DNA from: Klebsormidium nitens | Taxonomy: Eukaryota > Plantae > Klebsormidiophyceae | Direction of reading: 5' to 3' | Length of the DNA stretch: 64,000 bases | Assembly (NCBI GenBank): GCA_000708835.1 | Contig: DF237198.1 | Coordinates: forward strand, 57,852 to 121,851 | Shown here: positions 28,801 through 39,067 of the stretch, piece after piece | How positions within the stretch are numbered: position 1 is the stretch's first letter | How the letters are laid out: each line of letters starts with the position of its first letter | Translations under genes and position numbers: made by a program | The notes under the pieces: model-generated | What the model saw: only the letters and a program-made list of their open reading frames with translations | Databases searched by the model: none | Told to the model about the DNA's origin: nothing

Positions 28801-31800
28801 AGTCCGAACTGCTCGATTAGAAAGGCACCCGTCGACAAGTAAACTCTACCCATTGAAGTCGCAGTCAAGGTAAACCAAGAAAGATAATAGTAAGCCAAGA
28901 TAATAGTAAGCTCCGACTAACACTAAAAGCACTAACCCAAAAAGACACCCGCTCCGCATCCGTACCCACCCTAACCACCAAACTAATTCTACCCGTCCCG
29001 GTGCGATTACCTTATTATTATCTCGGCTTACTATTATTTTCTTGAGTTTGATGCCGTCAAGACCAGAAGTCCCACAAACCGTTGCGGAAGGCTGCTCCTA
29101 CTAGCCTCTCGCCACGTAAATGTGCGTCCGTCAGTATGTGCTGGCACATTTCGGTCCGGGACAGAGCGATTTGGCCTTCGACGGCCCCCCGGTCGGGAAA
29201 CTGTGGGTCAGTATATTTTGAAGGAAGGTACTTTTGCCCCGCTCTAGCATAATAGTTCGCCTGACCTTCTGCTCGACCACAGTTCTCAGAACACCACGCA
29301 ATTGGCTCATCTCGCAGACACCAGAACTCGTGCACGATCTGCATCGACGACCCCCCCCCTTTGCTCCGGGACGCCCGTCTGCTGGGCGTCCCCCCTGCGG
29401 AGTTGAATTTGCCTTTGTTTCAAGAATTGGAGCAGAAAGGGCTACGAGGCGAGGGGGAAGGGCCGCTGTACAGCTGGCTGGAGCAGTGTGAATGGGCCCC
29501 CGAGTGGCTGGACCTGGTCGTGCGCTGGTTCAGCGAGGCCGAGAACGCGTCGAAAGTGGGCCCCGTGACGGACAGCGTGGCCACGTTCGATGCGAAAATG
29601 GAAGTGGGCGCTGCGGAGAACGGAACCCACGAGACGGACGGGGCCGTGATCCAAGCTGAGAGAGTGGCGGAGTCGGAGGCGGAAAGCTTGGACGAGAATG
29701 GGCGGATAGATGAGATGGAAGAAGGTGAAGAGGAGTGGGGGGGAGGAAGTCTGACTGAGATAAGGGAGTTCGCACCGCCCCTAGAAAGTGAGGATGATGA
29801 ATCAGAAGGGCAGAAGGGGGATGAAGAAGTCGAGGATGTAACCGGGGCGGCATTTGTGGACAGCGCGCACGCTGCCAACGACTCTCATGACGTCATACCG
29901 GATGATGGCGCAGACAACGGACGGCTGGCGTTTCAAGCCGTTAGCGACGAGTCGGACTCGGGCTCCGAGGCCCTCTCTTTCCAAACCGTTGATGATGATT
30001 TGGAGTCAGACGTCGAAAGTGACGACTACAACGGCGGCCCCATAGAAGAACGGGGCGAGCACGCCGTTTTGAACGAGGGGTTTGGGGTGACGGGGGCGGG
30101 GTTTGGGGTTTCTGGCGAAGATTCTGGAGGTTTTGATGAGGGGTTTGGGGCTTCTGGCGAGGATTACGGAATTTCGGGCGACGGCTTTGGCGTTTCTGGT
30201 GAGGAGTTTGGCGTTTTCGGAGAGGACGCGGACTCGCTTGCGGCTGGGGGGGTGTCGTGGGAAAAAGTGGTGGCGCTTCAGGAGGCGGCGCAGGCGCGGC
30301 ATGAGATGATTCTGATCCTGGGCTCGTTGCAGGGTGGGGCGCACCCGCGGGGGGTCAGCTACCCCAAGCTGAGGAAAATATACAGGTGGGTTTCGTGGCT
30401 AAGCCTGGGGGCCGGGGTGCATTCAGCCGCGTGCTGTGTTAGCGACAAACACTTTGTGGTTCTAAATATTTGTTTGCTTCATCTTGCCGGGTCTGGTAGT
30501 AACATACGAGAGTAGCTGAAGTTGGTTCTTTGGTTGCATTATGTGATGGAACACCATTCGAAGTTCCTCATTGCCCCAGCCACCTCTCTAGACTTGTCGT
30601 TCATCGCCGTTCGACTTCGCAACATACACCTGTAACATGCTCGGCATATTCCCCTCCCGGAATGGAATGCTAGGTCGCTGGAATCTTGCGGCCCTCGGAC
30701 GCAATCATATTGCCGAGCCAACTGCCCGGTAAAGCTGACCCTTAGGAACGCCCCTTATCTGCGCAGGGCCCGTACGGGCAAAGAGCTGCGGCTGGGTTTG
30801 GACGAGCTGCTGCGAGCGAAGCGGCTGATCCAGCTCACGCACTATGAGCGGACCGGCCTTCTGACGATCCACATGGACGACCACACCCGCCTCAGGCTCA
30901 GCGCCGCCAAGTCCGGCCTGCGCCAGGTACAGACGCACCACTCTAGGTGCTGGTTCCCTTTCCGCCGTTCCCGTGGATCGCTCTGTAATTCGTTGAGTTC
31001 TGCCCTGATAATGCGCTTGAGATGAGAAGCTCCCTATGGCTAAGGCTTTGAGAGGAGCATTGAAAAGCTGTGTCGTGGAGGGCACTCCGTTGGCTTCAGG
31101 CTTACAGCTGGCTAGATTTGGCGACAAAAGCCCGTTACACAAGGATCTTCGTGACAGTCACCAACCGGAGCCTGTGTCCGACCTGGTTCAAGTCTGACTC
31201 TCTAGGGAAGCAGACCCGAACGCCTGCAACCCCCTTGCTGGAGTGGCCAAATCCGCGCTAAACCCATTTCGCAAACCCGCAGGTCATCTGGTGGATCGCC
31301 CAGCAGGAGCACCCAAAGCCGATCGTTTCCACCGACATCGAGCACCAGTTTGCGCGCCTCTGCTCGCTCGACCTCGGCACGTGCCTCGAATTGCACGGGC
31401 TGGGACCCCAGGCCAACAACCGTTTCCGGGGGTGGGCTGTTCTCGGCGCAATCAAAGAGCTCATTTGGTTCGCAGTCATAAACAAGCCCCCCCCGGGGCA
31501 GTGGGTCCCCCCCCCCGTGCATCTGTGGAAAGCGAGCCCCCCGCCCATGATGAAAGACCCGCAGCTGCTGGGGTTAAACCCTAACGAGATGGAGTTCGAG
31601 ATCCTGAAACAGGTTAAGGAGGATTCCGGGGTTAGCTGCTGGCGGCTAACCCACCCGACGATCGGGGCGCGGAGCTGGAGGAAGGACTTCAAGAAGCTGG
31701 TTAAGAAGTGGAAGAAGGCGCGGCAGGCGGCGGGGGTGCTGGGGCTGGAAAGGGAGGGGGCGCCACGCGGCAGCCTGCGGGGGCGCCACGCGGTGCTCTA

Positions 31801-33829
31801 CGAGAGCGAGGACGATTCGGACGAAGATGGGGCGTTTGGTAGGGCGTACGAGCTGGGGGGTCCGGAGGCCCACGTGGGCGGAAATGGTTCCGAGTACGAC
31901 GACGAAGAACTAGAGGAGGTAGAAGGTGAAGAGGAGAGCCGAGGCGGACCGAAAGCGCAGGCGTACGATTCGGACGGGGAGGAAGAGACGGAGTATGACG
32001 ACGGCAGTGACGTGGACTCGTGGCGGACGGTGCGCGCGGACCGGGGGGCAAGCACGGACGATGCGGAGTCGGACTTTGAAGAAGAGTTTGACGCCGGAGA
32101 GGATACTGGAGCACGGGGCGCGCTTGGGTGGGGTCCGCTTGAGTACCAGAGCACGGCGGAAGAAGAGATTGGGGAAGAAAGAGAGGAGGAGGGTGGAGAA
32201 GAGGAGAACGAAGGAGGGGAGAACGACGAAGATGAAGAGGAGGAAGAACTAGAGAGTGAGGGGGGCAATGAGGAACTTGAGGCATCTGGGCAAGAGGGGG
32301 AACTAGAGCGGGAGGAAGGAGAGATCAGCGACGGTGAGGAAGACGGAAGGAGGAGAGGAACGGGCACTGCTGTGGAGAGCCGATGGGACTCTGACGAGGA
32401 GCGGAGCGACGGTGAAGAAGATGACGTCAGTGATGACGCCCGGGGGCTGCGGCCGGAGTGGGCGACGGCGGACAGCGACTCGGAGGCGGATGAGGAGGTG
32501 CCACGTGGCGGGATGTGGGCGTCATCGGGAAGCGATGCTGAAGAAGGGGACCGAGGTACAGTATCGAAGTTGAGGGGGGGGATTGGAGACGAGAGGGAGA
32601 TGGGCTGGGTCAGTGCGGAGAGGGATAGTGACGTCAGCGATGACGAAGGGGCCCCAGAGAGGGGGGGTTTGAGCGGAGGGGAAGGTCCAAGGGGCCGTGT
32701 CAGTATGGAGTGGCTCAGTGACGAGAGTGAGTCGGATGAGGAGTTGGAAGATTTCGAAGAAGAGGGGGCGCGAATGGGGCGCGCGGGAGAAGGGGAAGAG
32801 AGCGGGCAATCGGGGTGGGCTGGTTTTAAAGGATTGGATGAAGAAAGCAGCGGAGATGGTTTTGGGAGCAGTGGGATCACTGAGCAGAATGGGCGACCCG
32901 TAGAAGAAACAGCAGGCTCGTGGATCGCCCCTCCAGGCGACGAGATTGAACCAGAGTTCAGTGCTGCTAAGGAGGGTTCTGATTCCGAGGGAGAAGATGG
33001 ATGGGATGCTGAGCTGGCGGTCCCTGGTTGGTCGGGTGCTGACGTCATGGACGACGCGTCAGCCGTGTGGCTTCGCGGGGGAAGTGCCGACTCGGAAGAA
33101 GACGAGCCGTTCGAGGCGGGTTCACGGGTCATGCGCAGTGATGACGCGAGCGACCGCCCCGCTGATGACGTCAGAATAGGGGTCACTACGGAGCTTGGAA
33201 GCGAAGGCGAAGGAAGTGATAGGGGCAGCGCGAGAGAGAGAGAAAGGAGAATCGAGCTGATCGGTGAGAATGGGAGATCGCGGGAAGCGCTGGTGCTGCA
33301 TTTGCAAGCGAACGACCGGGAGGACAAAAGGGGAACGCAAGCCGTTGTAGAAAACCTGGCAACACCCGTCCTTGTAAAGACGGGCTCGGATTCAGATGGC
33401 TGGGACGAAGATTTCGTTGAGGAGCCGTTCGTGGACGCTTCGCAGAGTGGAAGGGGTTACGGAGGGGGAGCTGACTCGCACCCATTGGACGAGCAATCAT
33501 TGGTTGCCGCCATTGCAGGTGGCGAGGAAGACGTGCTGCCTCAAGAGGACACGTGGCATGCGTCTAGTGAGGGCATGAGCAGCTCAACTGAGAAGACGTT
33601 GGCGGCCGATGCTCCTCAATCAGATGCTACTAGAAAGACAGGGGATCCGGCACTTGTTGATGCCAGTACCAGTGCGATTGGAGTAATGGAGAGGGGAGTT
33701 CCAGCGGATAAATATGAAAGCTTAGCAGAGTCTCCTCTGCTTAAGGAATCGGTCAGGGAGGAGGACGAGCGTCCTTACACAGGGCCGAGTTTCTTCGATG
33801 AGTGGCAGCAGCCGGCGGTCAAGGGATAG
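19814..33829 (+). CDS. Giant NYN-domain (PIN-like) ribonuclease with multiple LOTUS/OST-HTH-like domains and long acidic linkers (MARF1/MNU-like), ~2,911 aa
   Basis: 14 exons, all splice phases compatible: 19814-20490, 20917-21093, 21468-21585, 21976-22166, 22434-23334, 23710-24234, 24547-24725, 25289-25486, 25890-27498, 27895-28098, 28603-28784, 29318-30385, 30767-30926, 31283-33829 (8,736 nt). NYN motifs VFWDIEN, LKAYG, EMADKAII, IIASGDKGF, DYTYDW. LOTUS-like motifs SLPGKYAKVVGHPLKLAEFGLKKLQDLASFDDV, LLARYEAVFGRPMD...LAAIPDI, YPKLRKIYRARTGKEL. Confidence 0.85.
28872..29049. mobile_element. Small foldback/MITE-like element in an intron of the NYN-LOTUS gene
   Basis: Left arm 28872-28910 aaaccaagaaagataatagtaagccaagataatagtaag. 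The right arm 29011-29049 reverse-complements to aaactcaagaaaataatagtaagccgagataataataag. Each arm holds two copies of a ~15-bp subrepeat, around a ~100-bp C/A-rich spacer. No clear target-site duplication. Confidence 0.7.
30078..30224 (+). repeat. Coding minisatellite, 7 x 21 bp (GFGVSGE-type heptapeptide)
   Basis: Units such as gggtttggggtttctggcgaa, gggtttggggcttctggcgag and ggctttggcgtttctggtgag encode GFGVTGA GFGVSGE DSGGFDE GFGASGE DYGISGD GFGVSGE EFGVFGE. Confidence 0.9.
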
Positions 33830-34804
33830 AGCAAAAGCAGCAAACGCTGTTTAAAGTTCCTAGCGAGCGAACTGAGTAACAATGAAACATTGATCAGTTG
33901 CGAGAATAAGCACGCGACTTTCTCACTTTGTCGGCAATCATTGAAGGTCAAAGACGACGGTTTCTCAACCTGCGAGACATTGAGTTGCAGTGCATGGCTG
34001 GTACTTCTAACGACTCACGGTCTTCTGCCTCAACTATGACGGTAGATTTCAGGATAATTACACGAGCGTGAGTCACGGTAAAACGATCCTTGTAGCTTTT
34101 GACTTTTGATTGGACCGGATCGATCCCGCACCTGTGGCATGCATTGTCTGTACTAGGTAGTACTGTATCCATATGCACAGCTGTTAATTCAGGTGTCGTT
34201 GAGGCCGATCGGAGAGTCATGCAGCTAGCTCCGCGCACGCGCAATCCGCGCTGGACGGCGATGGTTTCTTTTCACATGCGCCGTTGTCAGTGCGCCCATA
34301 GGCTTCTCATGGCATGGTGATCACAAAAGCTTAGCGAATTGATGATCGATCGATCGATGATAACTCTACATGCCGCGCTCTTTGTGCAGAGCTGGGTCCG
34401 ACTAATTGCCAGCTTAATTTAGCCATGAGTGACGTGAGGTTAAGAGCATTTGTGTGACTGATCCGTGTGCGCATGCATTTACGATTTGTAGCTGCATTTA
34501 CAATCGTGCACAAGTAAAGCAGCAGGAGTCACTACACTCGGAGCCCGGCGGCTGCACTTTCCGCGCTGCGTTTCCTTGCAGTCTTCATGATCCGGTGAGA
34601 CTAAGGAAGCATGCAGCGTGGCAACGAAGACCGTCAAGATCCTTGAGCTAAGCAGTGTGTAGTCCCTTGATCGCATCTTGGCAACGAGAGTTGTAGGCTG
34701 ATCGAGCGTACAACTCGATCGACCGTCGGACAAAGCAATCAGCTGCCACTTAGTGTGACTACAGTGGGAGCATGAGCCGCTCAGTGTTTCAAGTGGCAGC
34801 ACCA

Positions 34805-37800
34805 TCAGTGCTTCGCGGCTATGACACACCAGTTCGACTTGTCAAAGAAGTGATCCACAATGGTGCAACCTCCGACCTCGTTGACTAGCCTGCCAAGGAA
34901 CAAGTCACCTTGTTAGTAGATATACAAGGAACAAGTCGACGGACTTAAGGCCGTGCAAACATGTTCAGTACCAGAATTAACAAAGCGAGCAAGAAACCGT
35001 GTAGAGCACGCACGACCCAAGACCGAAGGCCGGAGACCAAGTGTAGATGAAGCAAGCACAATGCTAAAAGACAAGTCAAGATGCAAAACAGCGATCCAGT
35101 GATCAGGTTACCTTTCCAGTTCCCCCTCCACGAACACGTGGTAGTACCGCTCGTACACGAGCGCTTGCTTCAGGGGGTCCCGCCGTGCCAGTCCCCGCTC
35201 CCCGTCCCGGTCGGCAACCCCGATTTCCACCCGGTGATACGGCAGATGCCACGGCACAAAGTACTCCTGGACGCTCCCCGACCCGTCCCCCGGAAGAGGG
35301 GATCCCTCCGAGGCTTCGCTCAACTCTATACTCGTATCTGCTTGGGCGGAGCTTCCGGAAGGTGGGCTGTCGGGATTCTCCGCTGGATCGAGAAGCACTT
35401 CTCCTTCCCGCATACTTACTTTGACCTCGTTTGCCGCCCTGTCAGGCTTAGGAGCCCCGGCCCCGCTTTCCGGTATGCTCTCGAGCGTCCCGCTCGGCCG
35501 CCGCTCTCGGAGCGGACTTTCCGAAGCATCCGACGGCCCGTGTCCATTCTCCGTTCCTTCTCCCGTGGTCCCAACTTCATTTCCACCTCTGTCTGCAAGT
35601 CCCATCTTTTTTCGCCCACTGCCCCGCCCTTCTTCACTCGTCCTCTCCCCTGCCAAACCCTCCACCCCCGAGGCTTGCTCCTGGGCACTCCCCCTGTCGC
35701 CCGGTTGCTTTCCCCCGGGCGCCACCAGGTCCTCCGGCCAGGCCTCGGTCCCGATCAGCGGCGTCCACTTCCCGAGCAGTTTCGGGTCTTCCTGCTCCCG
35801 CGCCCAGACCGTGATTAGAATCCGGTCCCCGCTTTTGACGATGCGCAGAAGCTCCCGGATGGCCTGCCGGCGGCGCGCATCGGAACTCAGGTGGTGCAGA
35901 ACCGCGATCGAGATGGCTGCGTCGCACGAGGCGGTGCGGTACGGCAGCCGGAGCGCGTCGGCGACTGCCACGTCGAAGCCCCTGCGGAGAAAGAACGGAA
36001 CGGTCTTTGAACTTGTGAGTGGGCGGGGAAGGCAGTGTCAACAATCTTGCTGGTGGAAATATGCAATTTTTTGGCAAAGAAAAGAAGGTTCAGGACCTTG
36101 ATGACCAAAGATTCTGGAACTCAATCAGTGTTGGCGCAGCATGAGAGCAGAAGCGATACGTGATACAAGGCAGAGGCCCGTCTCGCAAAGATGAAGGCTG
36201 GGAGCTTTCGCAAGCACACTTCCATACGCTTTGATCAAAGCACCCGGTCTGCAGTGACAAGGAGGAAGAGATGCGCACCGCTTGCTGGCCATCCCGACCA
36301 GAGGCGCGCTGATGTCACAGCCGAGGAAGAAGCAGGAGGGGTTGAAGCCGAGGTACTTCCCTGCATCAGGAGAGGCCCAAGAAAGTGTCGTAACTTGAGT
36401 GTGTATCGACCAAAACCTTTCGAAACAGTCTGCTCAATCCACGGAGCAAAGAGGAAAAGGGAGGCAGAGACAAGACTCGATAATGAAAAGGCAGACTATG
36501 TCAGAATTCCATACTTTGATATGGACTTCGCAAGTTACAGAGTGCTCTTTGCCTGGCACGAGTCTTTGACGACATCACAAGAAAGCATAGCGCCTGCCGC
36601 GAAAACTCGTCGAAACAGCGCAAGCTCTTATCATTATCACTCATGCTTTGTTTGGGGATCGACTGCGCTTATATATGGCAACCAGCAAATGGGAAGCGCT
36701 GATCAGAAGAGACTCGTCCTACGGCGCCTTCTACTTGGAGGACAAGTTTCTGTACACAAAAAGCTTGCCGTTTCCAAATTCAAGCCAACCAAAAAATGAC
36801 CAATTTGAACGGCTTGTTGGGACTAGGCCCATTGGCAGACATTGCGTTTTCTCCTCAGAGGAAAACGGACTCACCGTTGCCGCAGCCCGCATCCACCACG
36901 AGGGATCCCTCTGGCAGGCCCTCCAGGAACTGTGCAACCTTTGGCCACTTTGCAAAGCGCGTGGCGCTGAAGTGCATTGCGATGGCGTCATACACTTGGT
37001 GCACGTGCCGCTTCTCGATCTCGGGGACCACAAAAGGCGAGGCACCACCCGCACCAGAGCTCTCCTCGCTAAGTAGCGGGTGGACCGACCCTTCTTCCGG
37101 TGTCAATCTTGGTAAGCATTCCGACCTTGATGTATTTGTCGATCCATCCCGTATCTCTACGGCCTGGGGGCTGAGATTTGTCCTAACGTCCAGGGCTTCC
37201 AGCGCCTCTAAAGTTTTGTCCGTTGCTGTTGCCAGATCCATGCCAGCCTCTCCAGTTTCTTGCACCCCGCTCTCTCGAGCCCCTTCCATCCTCATCCACC
37301 CCCCCTTCTCTGCCCTCTTCGGCCCCCCCTCTCGCACGCCCTGCTGGGAGTCGCAGCTCTCGGGGTATTCACACCGGCAGGGGCCCGTTCGCACCTTCCG
37401 GAAAGTTAGCGAAACCCTTCGCCTCCCCCTGAGTACTATTTCCCCTCGTACAAGGTCGCTTTTCCGGTGCGGGATGTAATGCTGCCAAGCATACCGCGCT
37501 TCGCCTGTCAGAACGAGTAGGGAGCGAGGGGCTAGAAACAGGCACCGCCGCTCGAGAAGCCCATCGGTGGTGTCAGTACTAGACGACCCGTCGGGGGCCT
37601 GAGCTTCTTGACACTGCCTGCGGAACTCCATGACGGTGGGCCCAGCCAGAGAGAGCGAAACGATTGCCCCATGGAAAGCGGAGTGGGTATCGACGTGAGG
37701 GGACAGCCCTACGCCTGCGGGGTACTCATTCACCGTAAGCTGGTCTAGCGGCCAGGATTGCTCCGCCTCTGTTTGTTTTCCGCCTGTAGCGTCATCTTCC

Positions 37801-38408
37801 GAACAAACTTGTTCACACTCCCCTGTAAGCAGCCGCTCGACCCTCTGTGATACTGATTGGAGGGGTGGTGGGAACGCACCCAGCTCTGCCGTCGGGTCCA
37901 CATTCCGAGACTGATACTTGAACTCATACCCGTAATGCTGCACCCGCCGCTTGGCCAAGCGGTGCCAATTCCCATCATCCACCGCCGCCACCAGCTCTCT
38001 CTCTTCCTCCTCAGAAACAAAATCAGGAATGCAAACAAGCCCCGGTATCCCAACCTGCTCTCCAGAGACACACACCTCTGGCAGCGGAGGCCCTGTTTGC
38101 AGCCCCGCCGTTTTCAGCTCTGCATACTGGATACTGAGGACCCGGCCTCCTGCAGCCAGACAAGGCCTCTCGTGAAGCGCCGCCCGTGCTTCCTGTGCAG
38201 AGGCGCTATCCGCAAAGCTAACGTACAGCCGGTTCCCGGACTCCCCTGCTTCTTGGAGGTCTGTGATGGTGCCGAATGCCGCAAAGATTGTGCGGGCCTT
38301 CAAAACGGACACCCCGACCGCAGGGCCCAAGTTGGCCACGTAGAGGTGGCAGGTGGGGGGGGAGCCGGGCTTGGGGCGCACGAAGTCCCCTACACAAGCT
38401 GCAACCAT
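34805..38408 (-). CDS. ALKBH8: tRNA wobble-uridine modifying enzyme ALKBH8, fused RRM + AlkB dioxygenase + Zn motif + Trm9-type methyltransferase, ~856 aa
   Basis: Exons 38408-36875, 36360-36279, 35981-35112, 34889-34805 (2,571 nt, in frame). Motifs: RRM LYVANLGPAVG, AlkB RRVQHYGYEF / QLTVNEYPAGVGLSPHVDTH / RVSLTFRKV, CRCEYPESCD, MTase VYDAIAMHFSATR / DAGCGNGKYL / AVLHHLS / YERYYHVF / DKSNW. An acceptor just upstream of the ATG implies a 5' exon further up. Confidence 0.95.
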
Positions 38409-39067
38409 CCTGTAAACAGTGACAAGAAGGAGTGCTGAATTATGGCAAGTTCAGCAGGACAACCTACGGTCAGTGTTGCTAGGATTAAGTTTAGCTCTAA
38501 CTAACCAGGAGGCCTGTCTCGGTTTTACCCGTATTACTCAACGTTGTTGCCAACCGTGGGCCCGGTAGAAAGTACTGGGCCAGTGAGCGAAAGGAGCCAG
38601 TTGTGGCAATTTGGTCCCGGGGTTTCGTGCTCTGGGGGATCGAGAAAAGGTTACGCTCCAAGGTTGCAAGCAGACCCGGCGGTCGTAGGGTTCAAGTTAG
38701 GGTTAGCAAGGTTCGGTGAAAAGTGGCGGGAGAACACTTTGGAAGAAAAGGATCTGGCTTGAAGTTGCAATTGAATTTGAATGCATGAGCAGGAAAATTC
38801 AGAGAACAGCGTCCAGCCTGAGGGGATGAAGATGGCCGCATCAGCGGCATCACGGCGTCCAGAGAATGCTGCCTCTAAATAGAACTGAAGTGTCGGTCTG
38901 AAATCAAATAAGATTTCTTACAAGCTCATTGAAGAAATGTTGAACTGTGGTTCTCTATAGCAAGGTGCAACGGTATGATCTCGGATTGAACAGCCTGAAG
39001 GCCCCTTCAATGCAGGGGCTGCTGCTGTCACTACCCAAAAGGATTCTTGCTAGAGGCGTGGTTGACC
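38409..39067. promoter_or_regulatory. Probable bidirectional promoter region (ALKBH8 / RAP1) with site II-like and telomere-like motifs
   Basis: 659 bp between divergent ATGs. TGGGCC at 38557 and 38576; TTAGGGTTAG at 38697-38706. Motif function is inferred from plant promoter conventions. Confidence 0.4.

Noticed and set aside
31798-33327. 509-aa Ser/Pro-rich minus-strand ORF (also 29420-29878, 26445-26831, 41300-42349)
   Set aside because: Antisense shadows of GA-rich acidic coding exons; no motifs or splice context.
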